Assembly (NCBI GenBank): GCA_021731625.1
Contig: JAKFXC010000046.1
Coordinates: 1-55,726 of the forward strand
From: Candidatus Omnitrophota bacterium
Lineage (GTDB): Bacteria; Omnitrophota; Gorgyraeia; Zapsychrales; Fredricksoniimonadaceae
Direction: 5' to 3'
DNA length: 55,726 nucleotides
This document shows, in pieces, positions 29,773 through 41,640 of this stretch; position 1 is the stretch's first letter, and each line of letters opens with the position of its first letter. Under the pieces are notes generated by a model, which was not told the DNA's origin, searched no databases, and saw only the letters and a program-made list of their open reading frames with translations. The position numbers and the translations under genes were made by a program.

Positions 29773-30124
29773 AGCTGCTTTACCTGTGGGGCCGTATAAC
29801 CAGGCGGTGGTGGTGGGTCAGTTGATGTACACCGCCGGGCAAATCCCGTTGGATAAAGCCGGAAATATGGTGGCCGGAGGCATCAAGGAGCAGACTAAAC
29901 AGGTGTTGGAGAATGTGAGGACGGTCATTGAGGCCGGCGGCTCGTCGCTGGATAAAGTGGTCAAGGCCACGGTGTTTCTCAAAGACCTGGGAGATTTCGC
30001 GGCCATGAACGAAGTGTACAGCCAATATTTTAAAGCCGACACCGCGCCCGCCCGCAGCACCCTGCAAGTGTCGCGCATCCCCAAAGATTCCTTAGTGGAA
30101 ATCGAGGTAGTGGCCGAATGTTAG
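29747..30124 (+). CDS. ridA: RidA/YjgF-family reactive-intermediate deaminase.
   Basis: ..ALPVGPYNQAVVVGQLMYTAGQIPLD.., ..VVKATVFLKDLGDFAAMNEVY..F....PARSTLQVSRIPKDSLVEIEVVA is canonical. Confidence 0.92.
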   Translation: MKRIIKTDKAALPVGPYNQAVVVGQLMYTAGQIPLDKAGNMVAGGIKEQTKQVLENVRTVIEAGGSSLDKVVKATVFLKDLGDFAAMNEVYSQYFKADTAPARSTLQVSRIPKDSLVEIEVVAEC

Positions 30125-30172
30125 CGGACCGTTTCTAGATAACCCATTGGGGCACAGGAGGTTCTGGCAGAA

Positions 30173-30352
30173 GTGTCCCTGCCTTTAACCAAAGTAATCA
30201 GGTTTGACCGCCCGATCAGTTGGAATTCTAACAGGTTTATCGCTCATAGAAATGGCGAAGTTGTTGCCCGCTATGACTCCAAGATTGGACCGCAAGACCC
30301 TCAGCTAGTGGAAAAGTTAGAACAAGTCATCGTCGAGCTTTTGGATAAACGG
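30173..30352 (+). pseudogene. Probable remnant of a glutathione peroxidase C-terminus (about 50 aa), fused in-frame by chance to the P4 ORF.
   Basis: ..ISWNSNRFIAHRNGEVVARYDSKIGPQDPQLVEKLEQVIVELL resembles the Gpx C-terminus (..I.WNF.KFL..R.G.V..R..P...P.......I..LL). There is no upstream Gpx sequence, since ridA ends at 30124 and stops lie in between. Confidence 0.35.
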
Positions 30353-30388
30353 TGCCAAAAACGTCCCCAAAACGTGCCAATGCCGTCC

Positions 30389-30417
30389 TGGATTTATCTC
30401 ATCCTATATGGTATCCT
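30389..30417 (+). promoter_or_regulatory. P4 promoter: weak -35 TGGATT, 17 nt, extended -10 TGg TATCCT. Predicts a leaderless mRNA.
   Basis: The motif tatatggtatcctt (30405-30418) is identical to the P1 copy. Hexamer 30412-30417. The ATG at 30425 is 8 nt past the hexamer end, the same spacing as P2. Confidence 0.5.
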
Positions 30418-30424
30418 TTCATCA

Positions 30425-33343
30425 ATGTGCCGCAGCCTAGTTTTCGCCCTCATTTTTGCCTTTTTCCTAAACGTCATCGCGCCTATTCCCCAGGCGCAGG
30501 CCCAGCCGTTGCTCGGCCTGCCTGAGCCGGGAGCTATGCTCACGTTAAGCCAGGCCTTTGCCCCGCCGATCATCCGGGGGCTGACCGTCCACAAAGACAA
30601 TCCATTCCTGTTTGACTTTATCGTCGATCCCGGCCAGGACCAGCTGTCCGGACCAGCACTCCAAACAGAGGGCGAGAAGCTCATCAAATATTTCTTGGCC
30701 TCGCTAGCATTACCGGAAAAAGACCTTTGGGTCAACCTCTCGCCTTACGAGCAGAATCGCACCATTCCGGAAGCTTTAGGACAGACCGACCTCGGGCGCG
30801 ACCTGTTGGCGCAAGATTACATTTTAAAGCAATTGACCGCTTCATTGATCTACCCGGAAAAAGAATTAGGCAAAAAATTTTGGGACAAGATTTATAGCCA
30901 GGCGCAATCGCTCGCAGGCAGCAGCCAGGTCTCCCTTTCGGGGACTGCTGCGCTGCCGCCGGTCAATACTTTTAATAAAGTGTGGATTGTGGCGGACAAG
31001 GCCGAAGTCTTTGAACGCAACCAAACAGTGTTTGTGATTGGCAGTCACCTGAAAGTCATGCTGGAAGAAGATTACTGGGCGGCGCAAAAACAAGGAAGTC
31101 CGGCGGAGAAGACCCAGGCGGCCAAAATTCTGCGCGACGTCATTGTCCCGGCCATCGAACACGAGGTCAACACCGGAAAACATTTCGCGCCGTTGCGTCA
31201 AATTTTCAATTCTATCATTCTGGCCGGCTGGTATAAGAAAAATCTCAAAGCGGCCCTGCTTAACCAAGTGTACACCGATCAATCCAAAATCAAGGGCATC
31301 GCGCTTACCGACGCCAGCATAAAAAAGCAAATTTACGAGCGTTATCTTCAGGCCTACAAAAAGGGTGTGTTTAATTACATTAAGGAGGGGCCGCCGGCAG
31401 CGGGTAAAGACGCACGCACACCCAGAAAATATTTCTCCGGCGGGATCACCGGCCAGATTCAGGAGTATCTGCCTGCAACGCAGGCAGTGTTTTATAGCAC
31501 CTTGCCACGGGATCGCGCTATGTCCGTCTTGAAAACCCAGCTTAATGATCCTGGGATAAGCCCTTTGATGAGCCCTTTAGCAGCAGATTATGTGGGCGGG
31601 CCGAACGCAGAGATTCTGGAAGCAAAGATCCTGAAGAAAGTCAAAGAATTGAATCGCCAGCCAAGCAGCGTATTTATGGTTTTTAGTGATGTACCGATAC
31701 CAGCAACCGATGAAGATTTGCAGGCCATCAGCGCCCGGGCGAGAAAAATCTTGGCAGAACATCATTTGGGGTCGATGCGCGCAGAATTCAGGCGTATGCC
31801 GCGCTTTCCAGGGGCCGTGCCGGCCCCGACATCAGCAAAACCTCCAGCGCCGCAAGCAAACGCGGCCCCCAATGGCCTCGATTTTATCGGCATGGAGGCG
31901 GAGGCCATGAGAAAACCCGATAGGGCATTTAGATTAACTTCAAGGGAATCGAAGGCAATAGACAAGCTGGTATCCCGCCAGTTCAATGATGAAAATTTAA
32001 GGGAAGCCATCCGGGACATGCTTGAGAGCAGGATCGATAAAAATAGTCCCATAGATTTGGGGGATGATGACGGGCAAAGAATAGAGTTTCCAGAGCAGAA
32101 CAGGATAATTTTAATCAATTCCATTAAGATTTACATGCGCTCTAAGCCGGGGCAGAGGGGTCAGCACCAACCTGTTGTAACAATGCAAGATGTATTGGAT
32201 ATCATAGATCAACAGGCGGAACATTTGAAAAAATATCACATAAGAAAGTACAGCCGCAATCAGTGGGACAAAGTTATAAAGGAAGCCAAGGAAATGTTTA
32301 GAGAGGAATTGGGCTCCAGTAAAGCCATGGTCGCGGTAACTCGGGAAGACAAAAAAAAGCTCATCCAGGGCATGGAAGTCAAAAAATTGGCCAAAGGTAA
32401 TGGAACCCACACGCCCCCCAGAAAACGTATTAAGACCCCGATCTCTATTGTCATGGAAGATCAAAGTCTTGAGCAAGGGCAGATCTATTTGGTTCCCAGT
32501 GCCAATGGAAAAGAAGGGGTTTTATGGGTCCAATTCGAGGGAGAGACTCTCAGGTTACTGGACATTGAACAGCTGGGGTTGACGGATATTTACATATACG
32601 GAGCGGTGGTGATCATCCATAGTCAGTCGGCCGGCACCGTAGGTTTCAGCAAATTAATTTTTACGGGCCCTGAACCTTACTTGCATTCTATCGCGGGCGA
32701 TGACTTGATTGAGGTTCTAGAAATTAATCGTTTAGCCCCTATTGATGGGGATATGTTGGAGCATGGGGTGATTAATCGAAGCTATACACTGAGCACCGAT
32801 AAAAATACCGTAAGTATGCGGTATTCTACCGTCGTGGCAAGCTTGGAGAAATTGATGGGCAAACTAGCGGGGCTTTCCACATCTGAACCCGCATTCAAAA
32901 TGCCCGAAGATCTCTATACCATTTTAGAGTTAAGAGAGTCTGATGTCACAATGGAACGTGTGGGGAATGTCGTCCAATTAAGATTACTTCCGGAGTTAAG
33001 CGACCAGCAATGGACGACGATTGAACTGAAACTGCAAGCCATCCATGACGTGTTTGGCCTCAACACAAAAATAGATAAAACGAAACGAGAAATAAGCGTC
33101 GAAGCAACAATAAGTCCTGCCATGACGGCTGTGGACGGCGGTATTGATTTGCAAGCCGCCACGGCAAAGACCGTAGTCCAAAAGCAAGGCAGCGGCGTGG
33201 ATATGGCGATCGATCCGGCCATGCTGGAGCGGGTCCGGGCCCAAGGCCTCGAAACACTGGTCCCTAAAGTGCTTAGCATCGTCCCTTTGACTCCGGCTCA
33301 AATTGGGGCTCTCGTGGGACCGGTCGCCCCCCATTTTTCTTGA
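30425..33343 (+). CDS. Paralog P4 of the unrecognised secreted family.
   Basis: Signal peptide MCRSLVFALIFAFFLNVIAPIPQAQA|QP. The N-block (LGLPEPGAMLTLS..PRKYFSGG) is close to P1/P2. A variable core of about 560 aa follows. The tail is ISPAMTAVDGGIDLQ..DPAMLERVRAQGLETLVPKVLSIVP... The stop TGA lies inside the carA -35 box. Confidence 0.88.
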   Translation: MCRSLVFALIFAFFLNVIAPIPQAQAQPLLGLPEPGAMLTLSQAFAPPIIRGLTVHKDNPFLFDFIVDPGQDQLSGPALQTEGEKLIKYFLASLALPEKDLWVNLSPYEQNRTIPEALGQTDLGRDLLAQDYILKQLTASLIYPEKELGKKFWDKIYSQAQSLAGSSQVSLSGTAALPPVNTFNKVWIVADKAEVFERNQTVFVIGSHLKVMLEEDYWAAQKQGSPAEKTQAAKILRDVIVPAIEHEVNTGKHFAPLRQIFNSIILAGWYKKNLKAALLNQVYTDQSKIKGIALTDASIKKQIYERYLQAYKKGVFNYIKEGPPAAGKDARTPRKYFSGGITGQIQEYLPATQAVFYSTLPRDRAMSVLKTQLNDPGISPLMSPLAADYVGGPNAEILEAKILKKVKELNRQPSSVFMVFSDVPIPATDEDLQAISARARKILAEHHLGSMRAEFRRMPRFPGAVPAPTSAKPPAPQANAAPNGLDFIGMEAEAMRKPDRAFRLTSRESKAIDKLVSRQFNDENLREAIRDMLESRIDKNSPIDLGDDDGQRIEFPEQNRIILINSIKIYMRSKPGQRGQHQPVVTMQDVLDIIDQQAEHLKKYHIRKYSRNQWDKVIKEAKEMFREELGSSKAMVAVTREDKKKLIQGMEVKKLAKGNGTHTPPRKRIKTPISIVMEDQSLEQGQIYLVPSANGKEGVLWVQFEGETLRLLDIEQLGLTDIYIYGAVVIIHSQSAGTVGFSKLIFTGPEPYLHSIAGDDLIEVLEINRLAPIDGDMLEHGVINRSYTLSTDKNTVSMRYSTVVASLEKLMGKLAGLSTSEPAFKMPEDLYTILELRESDVTMERVGNVVQLRLLPELSDQQWTTIELKLQAIHDVFGLNTKIDKTKREISVEATISPAMTAVDGGIDLQAATAKTVVQKQGSGVDMAIDPAMLERVRAQGLETLVPKVLSIVPLTPAQIGALVGPVAPHFS

Positions 33344-33368
33344 CAACAGCGACGTCATCTTCTATAGT
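33340..33368 (+). promoter_or_regulatory. Sigma70-type promoter for the carA operon.
   Basis: TTGACA (33340-33345), a 17-nt spacer, then TATAGT (33363-33368). The 15-mer ttcttgacaacagcg (33337-33351) is identical to the glnN promoter. Confidence 0.7.
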
Positions 33369-33433
33369 GTCTGGGGCCTGGAGAAATTCCCTTCTCGCCA
33401 GTTGATTCCCACGAACATACTTTGCAGCAATTG

Positions 33434-34540
33434 ATGAAAGACGCCCTATTATACCTGGAAGACGGCGCCAGTTTCCGGGGCCGGACTTTGAAACAAACCG
33501 GAGAAACAATAGGCGAAGCTGTCTTTAACACCGCGATGAGCGGGTATCAAGAAGTCCTCACCGACCCTTCCTACACCGGCCAAATTGTGGTCATGACCTA
33601 TCCCTTAATCGGGAACTACGGGGTCAATGACCAGGACAAAGAATCCGATAAAATCCACGTCAAAGGTTTTGTGGTCAAAGAGTTTTGCCGCCGTCATTCC
33701 AATTGGCGGGCCACCGGGGGACTCATTGATTACTTAAACGACCATAAAATTTTAGCCATTGAGGGCGTCGACACCCGGGCCCTGACCCGCCATTTGCGCA
33801 TATCCGGGGCCATGAAAGCGATCATTTCGACGGAGGACTTTGATCCTCAAAGCTTGCAAAAGAAATTGGCCGCGGCCCCGTCGATGGAAGGGGCGGACTT
33901 GGTCAAAACGGTCAGCACCGCGAAAAAATATGTCTGGAAGGCCAAGGGCCTGCGCCGGTATAAAATTGCCGCTATCGACTGCGGCATCAAATGGAATATT
34001 TTGCGCATCTTAGCGGACTTAGGCTGCGAGGTGCATGTGTTTCCGGCCACAGCCACCCTCAAAGATATCCTGGCAGTACGGCCCGACGGGTTGTTTTTAT
34101 CCAATGGTCCGGGCGACCCCGCGGCCGTGACGTACGTGATCGACACCGTCCGTGAGAGCGTGGGCAAATTGCCCATTTTCGGGATTTGTTTAGGCAATCA
34201 GATTTTGGGCCTGGCTTTGGGCGGCAAAACCTACAAATTGAAATTCGGCCATCACGGCGCCAACCATCCGGTCAAAGATTTTGAGGGCAACCGTATCGGC
34301 ATCACGTCTCAAAACCATGGGTTTTGCGTGGACATGAAAACGCTGAACCTCGACGATGTGGAAATGATCCATTGCAATCTAAACGACCAGAGCGTGGAAG
34401 GCATCCGGCATAAGAAATTGCCAGCCTTCTCTATCCAATACCATCCCGAGGCCGCGCCAGGGCCGCACGATGCACGGTATTTATTTAAACAGTTTATCGA
34501 TATGATCGAACTTAATAAAAACAGCGAGGTGGTCAAATGA
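33434..34540 (+). CDS. carA: Carbamoyl-phosphate synthase small (glutaminase) subunit.
   Basis: [16 protein letters not shown].., ..[21 protein letters not shown].., ..[12 protein letters not shown].., ..QYHPEA... The ATG at 33434 is preferred over the track start (TTG 33422). Confidence 0.95.
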   Translation: MKDALLYLEDGASFRGRTLKQTGETIGEAVFNTAMSGYQEVLTDPSYTGQIVVMTYPLIGNYGVNDQDKESDKIHVKGFVVKEFCRRHSNWRATGGLIDYLNDHKILAIEGVDTRALTRHLRISGAMKAIISTEDFDPQSLQKKLAAAPSMEGADLVKTVSTAKKYVWKAKGLRRYKIAAIDCGIKWNILRILADLGCEVHVFPATATLKDILAVRPDGLFLSNGPGDPAAVTYVIDTVRESVGKLPIFGICLGNQILGLALGGKTYKLKFGHHGANHPVKDFEGNRIGITSQNHGFCVDMKTLNLDDVEMIHCNLNDQSVEGIRHKKLPAFSIQYHPEAAPGPHDARYLFKQFIDMIELNKNSEVVK

Positions 34541-35346
34541 AACGATGTCTATGGGTTGTGCCTTTGGCATTGGTTTTGTTAAGCGGTTGCGCCATGAAGG
34601 TGGTGGAGGACGGCCAGGCGGGAATCAAGGGCGATTTCGGAAAAATCAAAGACGAGCCATTGGCCACCGGCATGCATTTTTATTTTCCGTTGGTCAGCTG
34701 GGTGGAAGTGTGGAACACCAAGACGCAAGAACTCAAGGAGTCAGCCCAGGTACCATCGTCGGAAGGTTTGATTTCCACTCTGGATATCTCCCTGCTTTTT
34801 AACGTCTCGCCTCAAAACGTGGTGCATGTGCGCAAAACCATCGGCCGCCAATATTCGGATGTGGTGCTGGAACCGTATTTGCGGGAAGCCATCCGCCAAA
34901 TTGTCAGCGGGTATGAAGTCAAAGCCCTCTTTAACGAAAAAGGCCGCAAGGAAATCAGCGAACGCATGGTCAAATTTTTAAGAGACAAGGTTCAGCAGCG
35001 TGGCATCACCATCCAGGACGTGCTGTTGCGCGACGTGCGGCTGCCGGACACTTTTGCCCAAAGCATCCAGATCAAACTCCGCACCGAGCAGGAGGCCCTG
35101 CAAAAAGAATTTGAACTGCAGAAGGCCAAAAAGGACGCCGAGATTGAGGTGGCCCGCGCCAACGGCGTGGCCCAGAGCAACAAGATCATTGCCGGATCCA
35201 TCGACGAGAATTATTTGCGCTATTTGTGGATCCACGGTTTGCAAAAAAACGAGATGCAGGTCATTTACATCCCGACGGAAGCCAACCTACCGATCATGGA
35301 AGCGGGCCGCTTGCGGATGAAATTGCCGGCAGGGGAGCAGCGCTAA
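34537..35346 (+). CDS. SPFH/band-7 (prohibitin/HflC-like) lipoprotein.
   Basis: Lipobox LVLLSGC. The SPFH core is ..YFPLVSWVEVWNTKTQE.., ..YSDVVLEPYLREAIRQIVSGYEVKALF.., and a coiled coil follows. ATGA overlap with the carA stop. Its stop abuts the carB TTG start. Confidence 0.85.
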   Translation: MKRCLWVVPLALVLLSGCAMKVVEDGQAGIKGDFGKIKDEPLATGMHFYFPLVSWVEVWNTKTQELKESAQVPSSEGLISTLDISLLFNVSPQNVVHVRKTIGRQYSDVVLEPYLREAIRQIVSGYEVKALFNEKGRKEISERMVKFLRDKVQQRGITIQDVLLRDVRLPDTFAQSIQIKLRTEQEALQKEFELQKAKKDAEIEVARANGVAQSNKIIAGSIDENYLRYLWIHGLQKNEMQVIYIPTEANLPIMEAGRLRMKLPAGEQR

Positions 35347-38300
35347 TTGCCGAAACGCCGCGACATTAAGAAAATTTTGATTATCGGCGCCGGTCCTATT
35401 GTGATCGGACAGGCGTGCGAATTCGACTATTCCGGGTCGCAGGCCTGCAAAGCGCTCAAAGAAGAAGGATACGCCGTGGTGCTGGTCAATTCCAACCCCG
35501 CTACCATTATGACCGACCCTGGCTTGGCCGATGCCACCTACATCGAACCGCTGACCACCGAATTTATCGAGAAAATCATCGAGAAAGAACGGCCCGATGC
35601 TATTTTGCCCACCCTGGGAGGGCAGACCGGACTTAACTTGGCCATGAAACTCTACGAGCAGGGCGTGCTGGCCAAATACAATGTGGAAATGCTGGGGGCC
35701 AAATACGAGGTCATCAAAAAGGCGGAGGACCGCAGCGAATTTAAAGACGCTGCAGTCAAGATCGGCCTGGACGTACCCAAAAGTGTTTTTGCCCGTACCT
35801 TGGAAGAGGCCAAGAAAGCCATGGAGAGCATCGGCTTTCCCTGCATTATCCGTCCGTCGTATACCTTAGGCGGCACCGGCGGCGGGATAGCCCGCAGCAT
35901 GGATGAATTTGAGCGCATTGCCGCGCTCGGCATCGAAAGCTCAATGATCCACGAAATTTTAATCGAGGAAAGCATCGAGGGGTGGAAGGAATATGAGCTG
36001 GAACTCATGCGCGACCACAACGACAATGTGGTCATTGTCTGTTCCATTGAAAACATGGATTCCATGGGCGTGCACACCGGAGACAGCATCACCGTGGCCC
36101 CGGTGCAGACCTTAAGCGATCTGGAATACCAGAACATGCGTGACGCCGCGGTCAAGTTGATCCGCGAAATCGGCGTCGAGACCGGGGGATCGAACATCCA
36201 GTTCGCACTCAACCCGGAGAATGGCCGCATGGTGGTCATTGAAATGAACCCGCGGGTGTCCCGTTCCTCGGCGCTGGCTTCCAAGGCCACCGGTTTTCCG
36301 ATCGCCAAATTCGCCGCCAAACTGGCCGTGGGCTATGCGCTGGATGAGATCCAAAATGACATCACCAAAGAGACCCCCGCCTGTTTTGAACCCAGCATCG
36401 ACTACGTGGTGGTCAAGATCCCGCGTTTTACGTTTGAAAAATTTCCCGAGGCCAAAGACATTTTGGGCGTGCAGATGAAAAGCGTGGGTGAAACCATGGC
36501 CATCGGCCGCACCTTTAAGGAGGCCCTGCAGAAAGGCCTGCGCGGCCTGGAAATCGACCATGTCGGCTTAGACAACAAACAGGATTATAAAGACATCGAC
36601 GATGAAAAGGTGCGCTTGCGCTTGGTGGAACCCAATGCCTCGCGGATTTTTTATTTGAAATATGCCCTGCAAAAGGGGTGGAGCATCGAGCAGGTGGCGG
36701 CCTTAAGCAAGATAGATCCTTGGTTCATCGACCAAATCGCCCAAATCATCGAACTCGAGGACCATTTAAAAGCGGCGGTCGCGGCCAGCGGAACGTTGAG
36801 CCTCCCATTGTTGCGCCAGGCCAAAGAATATGGATTTTCCGACGCGCAATTGGCGGAAATCTTAAGCGGCTCCATGGAGATCACCAGCCCCGACCAGGAC
36901 CACAACGTCAAGAGTGAGAAAGATGTGCGGCAGTGGCGCAAAGAACTCGGGGTCACGGCCACCTTCAAATTGGTCGACACCTGCGCGGCGGAATTTGAGG
37001 CCTACACCCCGTATTATTATTCGACGTATGAAGTCGAAGACGAGGCGGCGGCGCACGGTATCAAGACCCGCAACAAAAAGAAAAAAATCATGATTTTGGG
37101 CGGCGGCCCCAACCGCATCGGCCAGGGGATTGAGTTTGATTATTGCTGCTGCCATGCGTCCTTTGCGCTGAAAGATTTAGGGTATGAGACCATTATGGTT
37201 AATTCCAACCCTGAGACGGTGTCGACCGACTATGACACTTCCGACCGTTTGTATTTTGAACCGCTCACGTTCGAGGATGTGATGAACATCTATGATGTGG
37301 AAAAGCCCGACGGGGTGATTGTGCAGTTTGGCGGCCAGACCCCGCTGAATTTGGCCCGCCGCCTGCACCAGGCCGGGGTCCCCATCATCGGCACGTCGGT
37401 GGATTCCATTGATTTGGCGGAGAACCGGGAGCATTTTGCGAAGCTCATCAATGAACTCAAAATCGCCCAGCCGGACAACGCGTCGGCGGTGTCCAAGGAA
37501 GAGACCCTGGAGGCCGCGGCGCGCATCGGCTATCCGATTTTGGTGCGCCCGTCCTATGTGCTGGGCGGCCGGGCCATGCGTATTGTGTATGACCAGGAGT
37601 CGTTGGAGTCGTTCCTGGACGAAGTGCACAGTGTCTCGCGCGGTCATCCGGTTTTAATCGACAAGTTTTTGGAAGATGCGCAGGAAGTGGATGTGGACGC
37701 GATCTGCGACGGGAAAGACGTGTTTGTGGCCGGGATCATGGAGCATATCGAGAATGCCGGCATTCATTCCGGAGACTCGGCCTGCGTGCTGCCGCCGCAC
37801 ACCTTGAAGGATGATATTAAGAAGACCATCCGCGGCTATACGGTGCGCCTCGCCAAGGAGCTTAGCGTGATCGGCCTCTTAAACATTCAATTTGCCGTCA
37901 AGGGTAAGCAGGTGTATGTGTTGGAAGTCAACCCCCGGGCTTCGCGCACGTCGCCGTTTGTGTCCAAGGCCACCGGCGTGCCCCTGGCCAAGATTGCCGC
38001 CCAGGTCATGGCCGGAAAAAAATTGAGCGAATACGACTTGCCCGATCCCGAGGATTTAAAATATTTCACCGTGAAGGAATCGGTGCTGCCGTTTAGCCGT
38101 TTTTCCGGGGTGGACATTATTTTGGGGCCGGAGATGAAGTCCACCGGCGAAGTCATGGGCATAGCCCCGAGTTTCGGGGCGGCGTTTGCCAAGGCGCAGC
38201 TCGCGGCCAACCAGGCCCTGCCCACGAAAGGCACGGTGTTCTTAAGCGTCAGTGATTCCGATAAATCGCAGGTGGTGTCTATTGCCAAAAAGCTGGCCGG

Positions 38301-38637
38301 GTTTCGGTTTAAGATTTTGGTCACCAAAGGCACCGCCCAGCTGCTGCGCGCGGCCGGCATCGATGTCACCGTCGTCGACAAGGCCCAGGAAAGCGAAAAT
38401 AATGCCTTGACCTTGGTCAAAAAAGGTGAGATAAATCTAATTATCAATACTCCTTCCGGAAAGCGAAGCCAGTCCGACATGCGGTCCATCCGGGCCGCGG
38501 CCATTTTGCATAACGTGCCCTGCATCACCACCTTGCAAGGCGCTATGGCGGCGCTCAGCGGCATTGAGGCCAGCTTGAAAGAAGAATTTACCGTGGAACC
38601 CTTGCAAACTTTATACGAAACAAAGGTGGCTGTTTAA
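35347..38637 (+). CDS. carB: Carbamoyl-phosphate synthase large subunit.
   Basis: Duplicated ATP-grasp halves (..[21 protein letters not shown].. and ..[21 protein letters not shown]..) and an MGS-like C-domain. TTG start at 35347. Confidence 0.96.
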   Translation: MPKRRDIKKILIIGAGPIVIGQACEFDYSGSQACKALKEEGYAVVLVNSNPATIMTDPGLADATYIEPLTTEFIEKIIEKERPDAILPTLGGQTGLNLAMKLYEQGVLAKYNVEMLGAKYEVIKKAEDRSEFKDAAVKIGLDVPKSVFARTLEEAKKAMESIGFPCIIRPSYTLGGTGGGIARSMDEFERIAALGIESSMIHEILIEESIEGWKEYELELMRDHNDNVVIVCSIENMDSMGVHTGDSITVAPVQTLSDLEYQNMRDAAVKLIREIGVETGGSNIQFALNPENGRMVVIEMNPRVSRSSALASKATGFPIAKFAAKLAVGYALDEIQNDITKETPACFEPSIDYVVVKIPRFTFEKFPEAKDILGVQMKSVGETMAIGRTFKEALQKGLRGLEIDHVGLDNKQDYKDIDDEKVRLRLVEPNASRIFYLKYALQKGWSIEQVAALSKIDPWFIDQIAQIIELEDHLKAAVAASGTLSLPLLRQAKEYGFSDAQLAEILSGSMEITSPDQDHNVKSEKDVRQWRKELGVTATFKLVDTCAAEFEAYTPYYYSTYEVEDEAAAHGIKTRNKKKKIMILGGGPNRIGQGIEFDYCCCHASFALKDLGYETIMVNSNPETVSTDYDTSDRLYFEPLTFEDVMNIYDVEKPDGVIVQFGGQTPLNLARRLHQAGVPIIGTSVDSIDLAENREHFAKLINELKIAQPDNASAVSKEETLEAAARIGYPILVRPSYVLGGRAMRIVYDQESLESFLDEVHSVSRGHPVLIDKFLEDAQEVDVDAICDGKDVFVAGIMEHIENAGIHSGDSACVLPPHTLKDDIKKTIRGYTVRLAKELSVIGLLNIQFAVKGKQVYVLEVNPRASRTSPFVSKATGVPLAKIAAQVMAGKKLSEYDLPDPEDLKYFTVKESVLPFSRFSGVDIILGPEMKSTGEVMGIAPSFGAAFAKAQLAANQALPTKGTVFLSVSDSDKSQVVSIAKKLAGFRFKILVTKGTAQLLRAAGIDVTVVDKAQESENNALTLVKKGEINLIINTPSGKRSQSDMRSIRAAAILHNVPCITTLQGAMAALSGIEASLKEEFTVEPLQTLYETKVAV

Positions 38638-40028
38638 TGTGCGGCATCATCGGGATATCTCATCATAAAGAAGCCGGTAAAATGGCGTTCCTGGGGTTGT
38701 ATGGCCTGCAGCACCGCGGCGAAGAAGCGGCCGGAATTGTGACCTACGACGGGAAAGACACCCATGTGCTCAAGCGGACCGGCCTGGCGGTGGATAATTT
38801 TGATGAAGAGAGCATTGCCAAACTCAAAGGCCACGCAGCCATTGCCCACACCCGTTATTCCACGACGGGGGGGTCCAACATCAAAAACATCCAGCCGATC
38901 TTTGTGACCCACCGCAAGAAGCCGATCGCCGTGGCCCATAACGGCAATTTGACCAATACCGAGGAGCTCTACGCCCGCCTGGAAGCCGCCGGGTCCATTT
39001 TCCAGACCTCGATGGATTCGGAGATCATGGTGCATTTGCTGGCCCGGACCACCAACGGGGAACTCAAGGAATGGTTTTCCAGAATGCTGGCCCAGTTGAA
39101 AGGCGCGTATTCGGTGGTGTTTTTGTATGAGGACTATGTCATCGGGGCCCGGGATCCCCAGGGCTTTCGGCCGTTGTGTTTAGGGAAGCTCGATGAGGGG
39201 TACATTTTAGCGTCGGAGAGTTGTGCGTTTGATTTGATGAAGGCCAAGTTTGTGCGGGAGGTCGAGCCGGGGGAGATCGTTATTATCAAAGGCAATCATA
39301 TAGAGTCGACATTCTTGCCCAAGATTCAGGAAGAGGGCCGGGCCTTTTGCGTTTTTGAAAATGTGTATTTTGCCCGTCCAGACAGCCATATCTTCGACGA
39401 CAACGTGTACCAGGTGCGCAAGCGCTTGGGCGCGCAATTGGCCAAGGAACATCCCATGCAGGCGGATTTTGTCATGGGCATTCCCGACTCAGGCAATTAT
39501 GCGGCCTTAGGCTATGCGCAGGAGCTCAATTTGCCTTTTGAGATCGGCATGATCCGCAACCACTACATTGGCCGCACCTTTATTCAGCCCACCCAATTTT
39601 TGCGCGACTTCCGTGTGCGTGTTAAACTCAATCCCATACGGGAAGTGCTGGAGGGGAAAAAGGTGGTGGTGGTCGAGGATTCCATCGTGCGCGGCACCAC
39701 CTCCCGCAACCGCATCCAGGAAATCCGGGCGGCCGGGGCCAAAGAGATCCATATGCGCATCTCCTGCCCGCCGATTGTTTCGCCGTGTTTTTACGGGATT
39801 GATTTTCCATCGACCAAAGAACTCATTGCGCACAATAAGACGGTTAAAGAAATTGCCGATTATATCAAGGTGGATTCGCTGGGATATTTGAGCCGTGAAG
39901 GGATGCTGGAAGTAATGAAGAATAAAAACGGGTTTTGCACGGCCTGTTTCACCGGCAAATATCCGACTCCCATTCCCGTCAACACCGATAAACTGCAGCT
40001 GGAAAAAGGCCATACGGTAACGCCATGA
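38637..40028 (+). CDS. purF: Amidophosphoribosyltransferase (glutamine PRPP amidotransferase).
   Basis: N-terminal MCGIIGI (Ntn Cys), ..[11 protein letters not shown].., and the PRTase motif ..[13 protein letters not shown]... The ATG overlaps the carB stop by 1 nt. Confidence 0.95.
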   Translation: MCGIIGISHHKEAGKMAFLGLYGLQHRGEEAAGIVTYDGKDTHVLKRTGLAVDNFDEESIAKLKGHAAIAHTRYSTTGGSNIKNIQPIFVTHRKKPIAVAHNGNLTNTEELYARLEAAGSIFQTSMDSEIMVHLLARTTNGELKEWFSRMLAQLKGAYSVVFLYEDYVIGARDPQGFRPLCLGKLDEGYILASESCAFDLMKAKFVREVEPGEIVIIKGNHIESTFLPKIQEEGRAFCVFENVYFARPDSHIFDDNVYQVRKRLGAQLAKEHPMQADFVMGIPDSGNYAALGYAQELNLPFEIGMIRNHYIGRTFIQPTQFLRDFRVRVKLNPIREVLEGKKVVVVEDSIVRGTTSRNRIQEIRAAGAKEIHMRISCPPIVSPCFYGIDFPSTKELIAHNKTVKEIADYIKVDSLGYLSREGMLEVMKNKNGFCTACFTGKYPTPIPVNTDKLQLEKGHTVTP

Positions 40029-40035
40029 GCACACC

Positions 40036-41640
40036 ATGAGTAAATTTATTTTTGTGACCGGCGGCGTGGTTTCGAGTTTGGGCAAAGGCATTGCAGCCGC
40101 TTCTCTGGGGAAGTTGCTGGAAGCCCGCGGCCTGAAAACCGCCATCATTAAATGCGACCCCTATTTGAATGTGGACCCCGGCACCATGAACCCTTACCAG
40201 CATGGGGAAGTTTATGTGACCGACGACGGGGCGGAGACAGACCTCGACCTGGGTCATTACGAGCGTTTCACCAATGCCGTTTTGTCTAAGGACAGTTCGA
40301 TCACCACCGGCAAGGTCTATTATTCGGTGATCACCAAGGAGCGCCGCGGCGATTATTTAGGCAAGACCGTGCAGATCATCCCGCACATCACGGATGAAAT
40401 CAAAGAGCGGATCAAAAAAGTCGCCAAGCAAAATGATGTGGATATCACCATTGTGGAGATTGGCGGCACCGTCGGAGACATTGAAAGCCTGCCGTTCCTG
40501 GAAGCCATCCGCCAATTGCGTTGGGAGCTGGGGGAAAATTATGCATTGAATATCCACGTGACCCTGTTGCCGTATATCCGCTCGGCGGGCGAGCAGAAAA
40601 CCAAACCCACACAGCATTCGGTGGGCCGTTTGCGCGAGATCGGCATCATCCCGCAGATTTTATTGTGCCGCACGGAAAAGCCCATCACCCAAGAGCAGCG
40701 GGAAAAAATCGCCCTCTTTTGCAACGTGGATGTGGAAGCGGTCATTGAAGCGTTGGACGTGAGGCATATTTATGAGGTCCCGGTGGCGCTTAAAAAAGAG
40801 GGGCTGGACAGCCTGGTCCTAAAAAAATTGAACATCAAGCTGCAGGACCGGGGACTGAAAGCTTGGGAAGATGGGGTGCTCAAACGTGTGCGCGCCCCGG
40901 CGAAGGAAGTCAAGATCGGCGTGGTGGGGAAGTACATGTCCTTGCAGGACGCCTATAAATCCATTTATGAGGCTCTGGCCCACGGCGGCATTGCCAACAA
41001 CGCGCGGGTGACGATCCTTAAAGTAGACTCTGAGGACTTGGAAAAGAACGACCCGAGAAAGATTTTAAAGGATGTACAGGGGGTTTTGATCCCGGGCGGA
41101 TTCGGCAGCCGCGGCATTGAAGGCAAGATCCGCGCCGTGCACTACATTCGGGAAAACAAGATCCCGTTTTTTGGGATTTGTTTAGGGATGCAGATTGCCA
41201 CCATCGAGTTTGCCCGGCACGTATGCGGCCTCAAAGACGCCAACTCGACGGAGTTTGACAAAGACAGCAAACCTCCGGTGATTAGTTTGATTGAGGAGCA
41301 AAAAGAGGTGAAGAATCTGGGGGCGTCCATGCGTCTGGGGGCGTTTGCCTGCAGCATTGAGAAGGGGACCCGGGCCTTTGAGGCGTACCGCTCGGGAAAG
41401 ATATCCGAACGGCACCGCCACCGCTATGAATTCAACAATGCGTATCGGGCCGCCCTGGAAGAACAGGGCTTGGTGATCGCGGGCCATAATCCCGAGCGGG
41501 ACCTGGTGGAGATCGTCGAGATCAAAGACCATCCCTGGTTTGTGGGCTGTCAATTCCATCCGGAATTTAAATCGAAACCCGACGCCGCGCACCCGTTGTT
41601 TAAGGCCTTCATCGCCGCGGCACTTGAAAAAGGAAAATAG
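40036..41640 (+). CDS. pyrG: CTP synthase (glutamine-hydrolysing).
   Basis: [19 protein letters not shown].., ..[17 protein letters not shown].., ..[10 protein letters not shown].., ..QFHPEF... Confidence 0.96.
   Translation: MSKFIFVTGGVVSSLGKGIAAASLGKLLEARGLKTAIIKCDPYLNVDPGTMNPYQHGEVYVTDDGAETDLDLGHYERFTNAVLSKDSSITTGKVYYSVITKERRGDYLGKTVQIIPHITDEIKERIKKVAKQNDVDITIVEIGGTVGDIESLPFLEAIRQLRWELGENYALNIHVTLLPYIRSAGEQKTKPTQHSVGRLREIGIIPQILLCRTEKPITQEQREKIALFCNVDVEAVIEALDVRHIYEVPVALKKEGLDSLVLKKLNIKLQDRGLKAWEDGVLKRVRAPAKEVKIGVVGKYMSLQDAYKSIYEALAHGGIANNARVTILKVDSEDLEKNDPRKILKDVQGVLIPGGFGSRGIEGKIRAVHYIRENKIPFFGICLGMQIATIEFARHVCGLKDANSTEFDKDSKPPVISLIEEQKEVKNLGASMRLGAFACSIEKGTRAFEAYRSGKISERHRHRYEFNNAYRAALEEQGLVIAGHNPERDLVEIVEIKDHPWFVGCQFHPEFKSKPDAAHPLFKAFIAAALEKGK

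Noticed and set aside
30173-30424. GTG 30173 as the true start of P4 (the track ORF of 1056 aa).
   Set aside because: The extension consists of a Gpx-like C-terminal fragment plus promoter sequence, and it precedes a perfect signal peptide starting at ATG 30425. It is treated as a remnant plus a chance open frame.
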